From positions 1 to 57,648 of the forward strand of contig CAYWCK010000001.1 in the NCBI GenBank assembly GCA_964456685.1: 57,648 nucleotides of DNA, read 5' to 3'. The position numbers and the translations under genes are program-made. The notes under the pieces are model-generated. The model worked only from the letters and a program-made list of their open reading frames with translations. It was not told where the DNA came from and did not search any database. Positions 27,798 through 37,491 of the stretch are shown here, one piece after another. The stretch's first letter is position 1. The number at the start of each line of letters is the position of its first letter. Source of the stretch: an uncultured Bifidobacteriaceae bacterium (GTDB lineage: Bacteria > Verrucomicrobiota > Verrucomicrobiia > Limisphaerales > JADLHS01).

Positions 27798-27843
27798 GGC
27801 GAAATTTCTTTCCGCGTCCCGCCCTTTGCGCGAAAAGAAACCG

Positions 27844-30800
27844 GTGCAAGTGCAATTCCTTCTCGGCCCGGCCGGCAGCGGCAAGACCTTTCGCTGCCTG
27901 GCGGAGATCCGCGCGGAGTTGTTGCGCGCGCCGGACGGCCCACCATTGGTGCTCTTGGCGCCCAAGCAAGCCACCTTTCAACTCGAACGGCAGTTGCTCG
28001 CCGACGCCGCCTTGCCCGGCTACGCCCGGCTGCAAATCTTCTCCTTCGAACGGCTCGCGCGCCATGTGCTCGATGAATTCCGCCTCGCCCCCGCGCCGTC
28101 GTTGAGCGACGAGGGCCGCGTGATGGTGTTGCGCGCGTTGTTGCAACGGCACGCCGGGGAGCTGCAGCGCTTTCAACACAGCGCCCGCCGGACGGGTTTT
28201 GCCCAACTGCTCAGCGCGCTGCTGGCGGAGTTTCAAAGCCACCAGTTGCCGCCGGAGAAAATTCACGCCCTCGCGCAACGCGGCAAAGTTCCAGATGAAT
28301 TGCAGGCCAAGTTGCATGATCTCGGTTTGCTGGCGCAGGCATACGCTGATTGGCTGCGTGCGCATGAGCTGCAGGACGCGAATCATCTGCTCGATGCCGC
28401 CACGCGAGCGTTGCGCCGGGAACCGGAGAGCCGAGGGCGGGCGAGCGAAAACAACTCGCCCAATTCCGGCTCTCACCTTCTGGCCTCCGGGCTCTGGCTC
28501 GACGGATTCGCGGAGATGACGCCGGCGGAACTCGATCTCCTGGTCGCCGTGCTGCCGTATTGCGAGCGGGCAACGCTGGCCTTTTGTCTCGATCATGAAC
28601 CGGCCGGCGACGAATCGTGGCTCTCAATCTGGGCGGTGGTGGGTAAAACTTTTCAGCGCTGTCGCGACCGCGTTGCCGGCGTGCAGGGAGTACGGGCAAA
28701 CCTCGAGTGGTTGCCGCGTGACGCAGGCAAGGGGCGCTTCGCCAACAACCGCGCGCTTGCTCATCTCGAACGGCAGTGGGCGCAATCGCAGCCCAAGCCG
28801 GGCGACCGTTCGGCCGGCGATGCGGGTGCTCCCTCGCTGGTCGCCTGTGCCAGTCCCGAGGCGGAGGCCGCACTGGCCGCGCGGGAAATTTTGAAATTCG
28901 TTCGCGGTGGCGGACGTTTCCGTGAGGTGGCCGTGCTGGTGCGCAGTCTCGACGGCTATCACAAACCGCTGGCGCGCGCGTTTCGTCGCTATGGCATTCC
29001 GTTTTTTCTCGATCGGCGCGAAGGCGTGGCGCATCACCCGTTGGCCGAGCTCACGCGCAGTGCCCTGCGCACCGTGGCTTTCGACTGGCAGCACGAAGAT
29101 TGGTTCGCAGCGTTGAAGGCCGGCTTTTGTGCCGTTGAGGAAACGGAAATTGACCGGCTCGAGAACGAAGCGCTGGCCCGCGGCTGGCGCGGGGCGAAGT
29201 GGCGATCACCACTTTTGTTCCCCGAGTCGGAAGCTGAACTCGGCCGGCAGCTGGAACAATTGCGCGTAAAAATTCTCCCGCCGTTTGCCGAGCTGGCGGA
29301 ACGCCTCGCGAAACTTCGCCTGAAGCCCACTGGGGCCGAACTCGCGGAAATCTTGCGCGCTTTCTGGTCCGCCATGAAAGCGGGCGAGCGGCTGGAGGCG
29401 TGGGCGGAGGAATCCGCTTCCCGCTCCGTGCATGCCACCGTGTTCACGCAGATGAACGCGTGGCTCGAGAACGTCGCGCTGGCGTTCGCCCACGAAGCGC
29501 TGCCGCTCCGCGAGTGGCTGCCTGTGCTCGAGGCCGGCCTGGCGAATCTGACCGTGGGCGTGATTCCGCCCGCGCTCGATCAGGTGCTCATCGGGGCGAT
29601 TGACCGGGCGCGCAATCCGGATCTCCGACTCGCGTTTGTCCTGGGTTTGAACGAAGGCATTTTCCCCGCCGCGCCGGGTGCGCCGCCAATTCTTTCCGAG
29701 ACCGACCGGGACGAACTGGAATCCCGCGGCGTGGTGCTCGGTCCCAATCTGTACGACCGGCTGGCGAACGAGCGTTACTACGGATACATCGCCTGCACGC
29801 GGTCGAGTGAACGGCTCGTGTTGACGTGGAGCGAGCAGGATGCGGACGGACGCAAGCTGAACCCGTCGCCGTTCGTGTCACATTTGCGGCGATTGTTTCC
29901 GGAGATCGCTAGCGCGCGCTTCGTTCCCGCGGCATGGCCGGATGCGGAACATGTGAGCGAGCTCGCGAAGGCCCTGCTGGAAATCCGGAATCCGGAACCC
30001 AGCACCCGGAACTGGACCGCGCTCCAGGAAATTCCGGCAGTGCGCGAACTGGCCGCGAGTTTGAGCGCGCTGCACAATCCGGAACTGAACGCCGCGCTCG
30101 CGCCGTCGCTGGCGGAGAAGCTTTATGGCCAGACATTGAAAACTTCCGTGAGCCGGCTCGAGCAGTTCGCGTCGTGTCCGTTCCGCTTCTTTGTTCACTC
30201 CGGCATGCGCGCGGAGGAACGCAAAGTGTTTGAACTCGATTTCCGCGAGCAGGGCAGTTTTCAGCATGACGTGTTGCAGGCCTTCCACGAGCAACTCAGC
30301 CGCGAGGGCAAACGCTGGCGGGACATCACCACCGCCGACGCGCGGGCGCGCATCGGCCGCATCGCGCAGGAATTGATGGCGAATTATCGCGAGGGCTTGC
30401 TGCGCGATTCACCGCAAACCGTGTTCACGGCGCAAGTGTTGACGCGGTCGTTGCAGGATTTCATCGAAGTGCTCGTGGGCTGGATGCACACGCGTTACCA
30501 GTTCGATCCGGCGGCGGTGGAACTGGAGTTTTCCGACGCTGGAAATGTGCCGGCGTGGAAGCTGGATCTGGGCGGCGGGCGGCAATTGCTTTTGCGCGGC
30601 CGGATCGACCGCGTGGATTTGCATCGCCCGCCCGGAGCGGAGGCGGCGCTCGGGGTGGTGATTGATTACAAGTCGAGCCAGAAGAAACTCGATCCGCTGT
30701 TGCTGGAAAACGGCGTGCAGTTGCAGCTGCTGTCCTATCTTAACGTCCTGCAACAATGGCCGGCGCCGCAGGCGCTGCTGGGCGTGTCACGCATCGTGCC

Positions 30801-31254
30801 GGCGGGAGTTTTTTATGTGAACCTGCGCGCCCGCCCGGCGGCGGGAGATTCACGCGCCGCGCTCGGCGACGCCACGGCGGCGCGGAAGGAAGCCTACCGC
30901 CACACCGGGCGGTTCAATGCCGAAGTGTTGCGGCAGTTGGACGCCAGTGGCGCCGCTGTTGGTGAACAGTTCAAGTTTCGGCTCAAGAAGGACGGCACGC
31001 TCGACGCGCGCAGCACAGAGGTGTTGTCGACTCAGGAATTCGGCCAACTGCTGGCGCGGGTGGAATCGCAGTTGCGCGCGATGGGTGAACGGATCTTTGC
31101 CGGCGAAGCCAGTGTGGATCCGTACCGCAAAGGCACCAGCACGCCGTGTGAGTTTTGCGACTATGCGGCGGTTTGCCGGATTGATCCATGGACTCATGAG
31201 TATCGGGTGCTGCGGCGGGCGGGTGCGGTTGCCGACGAAGCCGATGAGAATTGA
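27844..31254 (+). CDS. addB: AddB-like PD-(D/E)XK nuclease/helicase subunit with a C-terminal Fe-S cluster motif
   Basis: The ORF track frame opens at 27502 but overlaps the previous gene. I prefer the GTG at 27844, giving (M)QVQFLLGPAGSGKTFRC (Walker A near the N-terminus, as in AddB). The C-terminal nuclease has CPFRFF, VVIDYKSS (the DYK nuclease motif) and TPCEFCDYAAVCR (the Cys...CxxCx5C Fe-S ligands of AddB). The start codon is uncertain. Confidence 0.75.
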   Translation: MQVQFLLGPAGSGKTFRCLAEIRAELLRAPDGPPLVLLAPKQATFQLERQLLADAALPGYARLQIFSFERLARHVLDEFRLAPAPSLSDEGRVMVLRALLQRHAGELQRFQHSARRTGFAQLLSALLAEFQSHQLPPEKIHALAQRGKVPDELQAKLHDLGLLAQAYADWLRAHELQDANHLLDAATRALRREPESRGRASENNSPNSGSHLLASGLWLDGFAEMTPAELDLLVAVLPYCERATLAFCLDHEPAGDESWLSIWAVVGKTFQRCRDRVAGVQGVRANLEWLPRDAGKGRFANNRALAHLERQWAQSQPKPGDRSAGDAGAPSLVACASPEAEAALAAREILKFVRGGGRFREVAVLVRSLDGYHKPLARAFRRYGIPFFLDRREGVAHHPLAELTRSALRTVAFDWQHEDWFAALKAGFCAVEETEIDRLENEALARGWRGAKWRSPLLFPESEAELGRQLEQLRVKILPPFAELAERLAKLRLKPTGAELAEILRAFWSAMKAGERLEAWAEESASRSVHATVFTQMNAWLENVALAFAHEALPLREWLPVLEAGLANLTVGVIPPALDQVLIGAIDRARNPDLRLAFVLGLNEGIFPAAPGAPPILSETDRDELESRGVVLGPNLYDRLANERYYGYIACTRSSERLVLTWSEQDADGRKLNPSPFVSHLRRLFPEIASARFVPAAWPDAEHVSELAKALLEIRNPEPSTRNWTALQEIPAVRELAASLSALHNPELNAALAPSLAEKLYGQTLKTSVSRLEQFASCPFRFFVHSGMRAEERKVFELDFREQGSFQHDVLQAFHEQLSREGKRWRDITTADARARIGRIAQELMANYREGLLRDSPQTVFTAQVLTRSLQDFIEVLVGWMHTRYQFDPAAVELEFSDAGNVPAWKLDLGGGRQLLLRGRIDRVDLHRPPGAEAALGVVIDYKSSQKKLDPLLLENGVQLQLLSYLNVLQQWPAPQALLGVSRIVPAGVFYVNLRARPAAGDSRAALGDATAARKEAYRHTGRFNAEVLRQLDASGAAVGEQFKFRLKKDGTLDARSTEVLSTQEFGQLLARVESQLRAMGERIFAGEASVDPYRKGTSTPCEFCDYAAVCRIDPWTHEYRVLRRAGAVADEADEN

Positions 31255-31421
31255 GGTGGCGGAGAGCAAGGGTGGGAATGGTTATCGGACGGCTTGAGGC
31301 TTTGATTCCATGACGCATATGCGGTGGGTGACGGCGCTTGACCCCGCAGGTAAAAATGAATTCCATGAGGTCGGACTGAGTCTTAACTCGCACCCGGCTT
31401 GGTCCACACCGCCCGCTTAAC

Positions 31422-32339
31422 ATGAAAACAAAAGTTCCATCCCTGTCTGCCAACCTGCTTTTCACCACCCTGCTTGCCGGTGCGTGCCTGTTGTTCAACG
31501 GCTGCGCCCAGCTCTCGCCCGGCAGCAAGTCTCCCAAACGCGTGCTGGTGGTCAGCACCACCACCGGATTCCGCCACAGCTCGATCCCGACGGCCGAAAA
31601 AGTCCTCGGCGAACTGGCGCAAAGCAGCGGCGCCTTCACGGTGGAGTATGCGCGGGTGGAGCCGAATGATCCCCAGTTCAAGGGCGCGGATGGCAAAACG
31701 GACAAGGCGAAGGTCGAGGCCGCCATCGCGGCCGTGCTGGCGGAAAAAATGAGCGTGGCGGCACTGAAGAATTACGACGGTATCATTTTCGCCAATACGA
31801 CGGGCGATCTGCCCATGCCGGACAAGGAGGCGTTCATCAATTGGGTCAAGGCAGGGCATGCGTTCGTGGGCATGCATTCCGCCTCGGATACTTTTCACGG
31901 ATTCCCGCCCTTCATTGAAATGCTGGGCGGTGAATTCCTCACGCACGGCGCGCAAGTAGAAGTGGATGCGATCAACCAGGACCAGCAGTGCCCCGCCTGC
32001 CGGCACCTGCCCGCGACGTGGAAGGTTTTCGACGAAATCTATCAGTTCAAAAACTTCGAGCGGTCCAAAGTCCACGGCCTGTTGACACTCGACCAGCATC
32101 CGAACAAGAAGACGCCCGGCGACTATCCGATTTCCTGGTGCAAGCAGTATGGCAAGGGCCGGGTCTTCTACACCTCGCTCGGCCATCGCGAAGACGTCTG
32201 GGACGCGAACACGCCGCCGGCCTTCCAGCGCAAGAACTCGCCGGAAGTGGCGCTCGCCTATCAACAGCACATTCTCGGCGGCATCAAATGGGCGCTCGGA
32301 CTCCTGCCCGGCGACGCCCGGCCGCAGACCGCCAAATAA
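31422..32339 (+). CDS. ThuA-domain protein (trehalose-utilisation-like, class-I glutamine amidotransferase-like fold), secreted or lipoprotein
   Basis: The N-terminus has a lipobox-like LLFNGC. ThuA-type motifs are VLVVSTTTGFRHSSIP, HAFVGMHSASDTF, MLGGEFLTHG and YTSLGHREDVW. Confidence 0.8.
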   Translation: MKTKVPSLSANLLFTTLLAGACLLFNGCAQLSPGSKSPKRVLVVSTTTGFRHSSIPTAEKVLGELAQSSGAFTVEYARVEPNDPQFKGADGKTDKAKVEAAIAAVLAEKMSVAALKNYDGIIFANTTGDLPMPDKEAFINWVKAGHAFVGMHSASDTFHGFPPFIEMLGGEFLTHGAQVEVDAINQDQQCPACRHLPATWKVFDEIYQFKNFERSKVHGLLTLDQHPNKKTPGDYPISWCKQYGKGRVFYTSLGHREDVWDANTPPAFQRKNSPEVALAYQQHILGGIKWALGLLPGDARPQTAK

Positions 32340-32357
32340 GCCGCGCATGAGGTCCGC

Positions 32358-33737
32358 ATGAATCTGCCGGAGAATCAAAACGCCGACGTCACGCGGCGGA
32401 ATTTTCTCAAAGGCGGATCGTTCGCCACCTTGATGGCGATGATGGGCGGAGTGGAGTTGATCGCGCAAACCCCGCCGGCGCCGGAAGCGGACGGCCCGAA
32501 GAAAATCAAATTGCCCCAGGTCAAGGTGGCGGTGGTCGGGCTCGGGCCGTGGGGCCGGGAGATTCTCGATCAGCTGGGGCGGCTCGAACAGGCGGACATC
32601 GTGGCGATCTGCGACAACTACGCCGCGATGCTCAAGCGCAGCGCCACGAAGGCGCCGAAGGCCGCGCCGGTGGAGGATTACCGGGCGGTGCTGGCGAATC
32701 GCGACGTGCAGGCGGTGATCGTGGCGACCGGTACGCATCAGCACAAAGAAATCGTCCTCGCGGCGTTGGCGGCCGGCAAACATGTTTATTGCGAAGCGCC
32801 GCTCGCCCATTCCGTCGCGGACGCCCAAGCCATCGCGCGGGCGGCGCGCAGTGCGCTGGGCCGGGTGTTTCAGGCCGGCTTGCAGTTGCGCTCGGATCCG
32901 CAGCGGCATTTTCTCCTGCCCTTCATCCGCTCGGGGGCGCTGGGGAAAACGGTCCGGGCGCAGGCGCAATGGAACAAGAAAACCAGCTGGCGCTTTCCTT
33001 CGCCGAATCCGGAGCGCGAGCAGGCGATCAACTGGCGCCTCCGCCAGGAGACTTCCAGTGGACTGCTCGGTGAAGTCGGCATTCACGCCCTGGAGCAGGC
33101 GGCGTGGTTGTTGAATCTGCAACCGGAAGCCGTCTCTGGATTCCAATCCACGCTGCTCTGGAAGGATGATGGCCGCGACGTCGCGGACACCGTGGAGGTG
33201 ACGATCGAATGTGGCGGCGGGGTGCGGATTGGTTACCGCGCGTCGCTGGCGAACTCGCACGAGGCCGAGCACGAACTGCTGTTGGGCAGCGACGGCACGA
33301 TCCTCTTGCGCGACGGCAAGGCCTGGATGTTCAAGGAAGTGGACTCGCCGTTGTTGGGTTGGGAGCTTTACGCGCGGAAAGAAAATTTCTACAACGAGAC
33401 GGGTATTGTGCTGGCGGCGGGCAGTTCGAAGCAGGTGGTGAATGCGGAAAAGGCCGCGGAGGATGCTCCGAACGCGCTGCCACCGTTGTATTACGCGCTG
33501 GAGGCTTTTCTCGGCAATTGCGCGGAGATCGGCGCGGCGGTCGAAGATTTTACGGCGACCTTCGGTGCGAAGGCCGATCCGAAGGCGCTGGCGGACAGCC
33601 TGGCGAGCATTGAATTGCGCAAATCCGCCTCGTGGAAAGAGGGTTTGTTTGCCACCGTGCTGGCGCTGACAGCGAACGAAGCGGTCAGGACCGGGAAACG
33701 AATTGCTTTGAAACCGGAAATGTTTGAACTGGCCTGA
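32358..33737 (+). CDS. Gfo/Idh/MocA-family oxidoreductase with a Tat signal
   Basis: The twin-arginine leader is TRRNFLKGGSFATLMAMMGG. The Rossmann motif is VKVAVVGLGPWGREIL. EAPLA is typical of the family. Confidence 0.8.
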   Translation: MNLPENQNADVTRRNFLKGGSFATLMAMMGGVELIAQTPPAPEADGPKKIKLPQVKVAVVGLGPWGREILDQLGRLEQADIVAICDNYAAMLKRSATKAPKAAPVEDYRAVLANRDVQAVIVATGTHQHKEIVLAALAAGKHVYCEAPLAHSVADAQAIARAARSALGRVFQAGLQLRSDPQRHFLLPFIRSGALGKTVRAQAQWNKKTSWRFPSPNPEREQAINWRLRQETSSGLLGEVGIHALEQAAWLLNLQPEAVSGFQSTLLWKDDGRDVADTVEVTIECGGGVRIGYRASLANSHEAEHELLLGSDGTILLRDGKAWMFKEVDSPLLGWELYARKENFYNETGIVLAAGSSKQVVNAEKAAEDAPNALPPLYYALEAFLGNCAEIGAAVEDFTATFGAKADPKALADSLASIELRKSASWKEGLFATVLALTANEAVRTGKRIALKPEMFELA

Positions 33738-33782
33738 TACGGCCGGCCGGGCCGAAGAATTTAGGAAAGGTTAACCAACATC

Positions 33783-34535
33783 ATGAAATCGAAAAATATG
33801 AAACGAATCCAAATCGCAACCGCAGCGGTATTCCTGACCTTGTTGATCGGGTGCGGGTCGAAGGAAACCGGGAACGATAACAAAGCGCCGGAAACGAAAG
33901 CGCCCGCCGCCGAGGCGCCCAAGGCAGCGGCGCCCGCCGCGCCCGCGCCTGCTGTCGCCGAGACGGCACCCGCCGCGGCTCCGGCCGCGCCTCTGGCCGA
34001 AGGCATGGTTCACTACGATGCTTTGCCGGCCGGCAGTCACATGAAGATCGAGGGCGACTCCACCATCCACGCGTGGCACATGGACAGCGCGGTGCTCGGT
34101 GGCTTCATGGAAGTGGACGCAAAATTCCCGGAGTCACTGCCCGCCGATGCGAAGACGAAGGCCGAAATTTTCATGCCGGTGCGTTCGTTCAAGAGCGGCA
34201 ACAAGACGATGGACAACAAGATGCAGGACACGATGAAGGAAACGCAGTTCAAGAAGATTGAATACAAGCTCACTGAGCTGAAGGCCAAGGCCGGCGCCGC
34301 CGGCCAGTTCGAAGCGACTGGTCAACTCACCATCGCGGGGCAAACGAAACCGCTGACCATGACCGTGACGGCGGAGAAGGTGGACGGAAAGAATCTGAAG
34401 ATCACCGGCTCCACTTCCTTCAAGATGAGCGAATATGGAGTGACGCCACCGCAGCTGACCATTGCCGGTGTCGGCCTCAAGACCGAGGACAGCATTACGA
34501 ATTCGTTCGAGTGGTTGCTCGCGCCGAAGCAGTAA
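33783..34535 (+). CDS. YceI-like lipoprotein with an Ala/Pro-rich linker
   Basis: Lipobox FLTLLIGCGS, then a low-complexity linker APAAEAPKAAAPAAPAPAVAETAPAAAPAAP. The remainder is a beta-barrel-like domain of about 170 aa resembling YceI (IEGDSTIHAWHMDS..GGF..., TGQLTIAGQTKPLTM). The family call is tentative. Confidence 0.6.
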   Translation: MKSKNMKRIQIATAAVFLTLLIGCGSKETGNDNKAPETKAPAAEAPKAAAPAAPAPAVAETAPAAAPAAPLAEGMVHYDALPAGSHMKIEGDSTIHAWHMDSAVLGGFMEVDAKFPESLPADAKTKAEIFMPVRSFKSGNKTMDNKMQDTMKETQFKKIEYKLTELKAKAGAAGQFEATGQLTIAGQTKPLTMTVTAEKVDGKNLKITGSTSFKMSEYGVTPPQLTIAGVGLKTEDSITNSFEWLLAPKQ

Positions 34536-34556
34536 GCCATTCCATTTTCAAAACCC

Positions 34557-34592
34557 GAAAGGCCGCAGGTCCTGCCTGCGGCCTTTTGCTTT
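34557..34592. terminator. Bidirectional rho-independent terminator between convergent genes
   Basis: Stem ggccgcagg (34561-34569) / cctgcggcc (34575-34583) with a 5-nt loop. It is followed by ttttgcttt on the plus strand and preceded by gaaa. Confidence 0.55.
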
Positions 34593-34610
34593 CGCCATGA
34601 CGGGATTACT

Positions 34611-35276
34611 TCAAGCAAACTGAATTGTTCCGAAGCAGCGCGGCAGGTGGAAATTAAATTCATCCACCGGCGACCATGCCGCCCAGTGCGGATGCGAAAT
34701 GTCTTCGGCGCATTTGAAAAAATTTCCGCGCCACACCTGGCCGCTGGCTGCGCCGATGGGGCCGACAAATTCTTCCAGCACCTCAAACGGGATGTAGAAT
34801 TGCAGTTCCCATTCAACCGGCTCCGTGATTTCCGGTTCCACCAATTTCGGCAGCAGCGCGCGAACGCGCACCTGTTCCGCGAGTTTCTCGGGCAACGGCG
34901 TCGCTTCCTTCAAGCCGCCGTTGACGCGGGTCGGGTCCACCACATGGCTGCATAAAAATGTCCCGCCGCAATTGAACTCGAAATTGAAGTAGCCGCGTCC
35001 CGGTTTCGGTTCGACGAAGAACTCCACGCAACTGTCCTTCCAAACTTCACCGCCGTATTTCGTCCGGACGCAGCGCACATAACGGTCCCGCACCGTAAAC
35101 AGGCCATGAAGACCGCGCTGGTCATGGAGCAAACGCGCGTGCGTTTGCGGACGGTGGTCGCTGCTTTGGGGCAGGAAGTGGGCGACCGCCGCAACTTCGG
35201 CGACCTGCCAGGCAGGATTTTGCGAGTTCAGATCGAGCGCTTCCGGCCGCGCAGCATGAAAGACGTGATAGGTCAC
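34611..35276 (-). CDS. Carbohydrate-binding family 9-like domain protein
   Basis: 221 aa with no signal peptide. The motif VWKDSCVEFFVEPKPGRGYFNFEFNCGG resembles the CBM9-like/DOMON-like fold signature (D.vEvF..p...YyEfe.n). Tentative. Confidence 0.55.
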   Translation of the reverse strand: MTYHVFHAARPEALDLNSQNPAWQVAEVAAVAHFLPQSSDHRPQTHARLLHDQRGLHGLFTVRDRYVRCVRTKYGGEVWKDSCVEFFVEPKPGRGYFNFEFNCGGTFLCSHVVDPTRVNGGLKEATPLPEKLAEQVRVRALLPKLVEPEITEPVEWELQFYIPFEVLEEFVGPIGAASGQVWRGNFFKCAEDISHPHWAAWSPVDEFNFHLPRCFGTIQFA

Positions 35277-35308
35277 GAGAAGTCAGCATGGCCCGCGGGC
35301 GGACGTCG

Positions 35309-36025
35309 TCAATGCCAGAAAAGGTAATACAAGCCAGATAAACCGATGAAGGCGAAGACGCCTTGGCGCATGTGTTTCGGATGCACCCGCCCGAGCACGC
35401 AATGCCCGAGCCAGATGGTGCCATAAACCGGCACCACCATCGCCGCCAGCCACACGGGCGAGAGTTCGCTAAAATAACCAAAGCTCCCGTAGAAACCGAT
35501 CCGCAGAGCGCAACTCAACATGATCATCACTTGCAGAAACGCCATGATCTGGCCGCGGCTCCACGGGTTCGAGTACGCGTAGGCCGCGCTGGGCACGCCG
35601 CCGAGGTTGAACGCGCCGCTCAACGCGCCGCTGAACAAACCGAGCGGCATCACGAGCGCACGAGGAATGGATTTGGTTTCCGCACCCAACAAAAATTCCC
35701 GCGCCGCAAAAAGCAGCATGGTGGTCCCCAGCACCTTCAGCAACACGGCCTCGCTCGCCTTTTCCAGGAAGAAGACGCCGATCGGCACGCCGACGCCAAC
35801 GCAGAGGAGAAATGAAAAGCCCAGTCGCCAGTTGTATTCGCGGTAATGGCGCATGAACGTGACGATGGTGGCCAACAAAGTAAACGTGGTGGAAATGGCG
35901 GCAGCGGATTTGACACCGATGAGCAGCGGCATGAGCGACATCGAGACCAGGCCGAAGCCGAAACCGCTCAAACCCTGCACGAAACCGGCGATCAACACAG
36001 CCGTGGAGAGGAAGAGCCAGTTCAT
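35309..36025 (-). CDS. TauE/SafE (DUF81) family anion exporter
   Basis: 238 aa with about 7-8 TM segments. The N-terminus MNWLFLSTAVLIAGFVQGLSGFGFGLVSM is typical of the family. Confidence 0.75.
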   Translation of the reverse strand: MNWLFLSTAVLIAGFVQGLSGFGFGLVSMSLMPLLIGVKSAAAISTTFTLLATIVTFMRHYREYNWRLGFSFLLCVGVGVPIGVFFLEKASEAVLLKVLGTTMLLFAAREFLLGAETKSIPRALVMPLGLFSGALSGAFNLGGVPSAAYAYSNPWSRGQIMAFLQVMIMLSCALRIGFYGSFGYFSELSPVWLAAMVVPVYGTIWLGHCVLGRVHPKHMRQGVFAFIGLSGLYYLFWH

Positions 36026-36044
36026 GCGCGCGCGACGTGGCGAT

Positions 36045-37394
36045 TCACGCGCCCGCCATCTCCGGATGCTGCCACGGCGCGCGATACGGCCGCCGCAGCA
36101 ATTTGTTGGCTTCTGCGTCGCCGATGACCTCGCGCTTCACGGGATCCCACGCGAGCGTGCGGCCGAGTTGCATGGAGAGATTGGCAAGGATGCAGGATAC
36201 GCTGGAGATGACACCTTGCTCGATATCGGCGACCGGTTTCTCGCGCGAGGCGACGCACGCGAGCAGATTCTTCATGTGGCCGCGGACGGCGGAGGCGACA
36301 TGGCGCTCGAGGTTTTTCTCCGTTTCATCCTCGGGATATTTGTCGTACTCGAACAGGGCGGAGCCGCTCTTGGCGGATTGCGGCTGGCCGCTCGGATAGA
36401 AATCATAACTGTTCACACTGGCTTTCAGCGTGCCTTTGTCGCCGTAGAGCACGACGGCCCACGGATATTTTGGGTCCGGCGGATCGCCCCACGTGCGGTG
36501 CGTCCATACGGCATTCAGTTCCGGAAATTCAAAGGTCGCGATCTGGGTGTCGCTGATGTTGGCCTTGCTGGCCGGGTCCTGAAAAATTTTGCCCGCGGAA
36601 CTGACCCGGGTTGGCCAGCCGAGATCGAGCAGCCAACGGAGCATGTCGAGCATGTGCACGCACATGTCGCCCACGATGCCGTTGCCGTACTCGTTGAAGG
36701 CCCGCCAGCCACGCGGATGAACTAGTTTGTTGTACGGGCGCATCGGCGCGGGACCGGTCCACATCTCGTAATCCAGATGCTTCGGCGGCGCGGTGTCGGG
36801 CGGGTTCTCGCGGGTCCGCATGTGGTAATAGCAGCAGAGTTCCGCGTGGGAAATTTTTCCGAGTTTGCCGGATTTGACGATTTCCTCGCGCGCCTCGATG
36901 AGATGCGGAGTGCTGCGGCGTTGCGTGCCGACTTGCACCACGCGCTTGTGCTTTCGCGCCGCATCGAGCATCGCAAGACTTTCGATGACATCCACGCTCG
37001 TGGGTTTCTGGACGTAAACATCCGCGCCAGATTCGACAGCTGCAATCATGGTGAGCGCATGCCAGTGATCCGGTGTGGCAATCAGCACCAGATCAAGATC
37101 CTTCTCCCGAAGCAATTCGCGGTAGTCGCCGTACGTGCGCGGCTTCTTTTTGGATCTTTGACGCCCGGCGACGATGTCCGCCGCTTCCCCGAGCATCTGG
37201 CTGTCAACATCACAGAGCGAGACAACTTCCACGGGCGCGACCTGGATGAGGCGAAGTAAATCCACCTTTCCATACCAACCGCAACCGATCAGGCCGACGC
37301 GCTTCCTGACGTCGGTGAACTCAGCAGCGTAACTTGGCAGGGTGGCCAGGGCGAGGGAGGCCGCCGTGGTGCGAAGGAATTGACGACGAGTCAT
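36045..37394 (-). CDS. Gfo/Idh/MocA-family oxidoreductase with a Tat signal
   Basis: The preferred start is Met39 (ATG at 37394), giving MTRRQFLRTTAASLALATLPSYA. The Rossmann motif is RVGLIGCGWYGKVDL. The motif VYVQKP is typical of the family. Confidence 0.8.
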   Translation of the reverse strand: MTRRQFLRTTAASLALATLPSYAAEFTDVRKRVGLIGCGWYGKVDLLRLIQVAPVEVVSLCDVDSQMLGEAADIVAGRQRSKKKPRTYGDYRELLREKDLDLVLIATPDHWHALTMIAAVESGADVYVQKPTSVDVIESLAMLDAARKHKRVVQVGTQRRSTPHLIEAREEIVKSGKLGKISHAELCCYYHMRTRENPPDTAPPKHLDYEMWTGPAPMRPYNKLVHPRGWRAFNEYGNGIVGDMCVHMLDMLRWLLDLGWPTRVSSAGKIFQDPASKANISDTQIATFEFPELNAVWTHRTWGDPPDPKYPWAVVLYGDKGTLKASVNSYDFYPSGQPQSAKSGSALFEYDKYPEDETEKNLERHVASAVRGHMKNLLACVASREKPVADIEQGVISSVSCILANLSMQLGRTLAWDPVKREVIGDAEANKLLRRPYRAPWQHPEMAGA

Positions 37395-37491
37395 GCGGGC
37401 GTTTTTGCACAAGGTCGCGTGGATTACAAGCATCGTCTCCCAGCGCAGGCTTGCGACGCAGGGCGGGCGGCGGGTAGTTTGCGGGCCATTG

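Noticed and set aside
27502-27843. An N-terminal 114-codon extension of the AddB-like ORF as given in the track (start 27502)
   Set aside because: It overlaps the 3' end of the beta-CASP gene in another frame and is Arg/Ser/Pro-rich. AddB-type proteins begin a few residues before the Walker A motif, so I moved the start to the GTG at 27844. The exact start remains uncertain.
26406-27974. A 522-aa ORF on the minus strand
   Set aside because: It lies entirely antisense to the well-supported beta-CASP nuclease gene and the AddB start. Its translation is Arg/Gly/Ala-rich with no recognisable motifs, which is the typical shadow ORF of a high-GC genome.
31383-33272. A 629-aa ORF on the minus strand
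   Set aside because: It is antisense to the ThuA-like and Tat-signal Gfo/Idh/MocA genes, both of which have clear family motifs. Its composition is Arg-rich and low-complexity, so it is a shadow ORF.
33890-34000. An Ala/Pro-rich repetitive stretch that looks like a DNA repeat
   Set aside because: It is an in-frame low-complexity linker of the YceI-like lipoprotein, not a tandem DNA repeat or CRISPR-like array.
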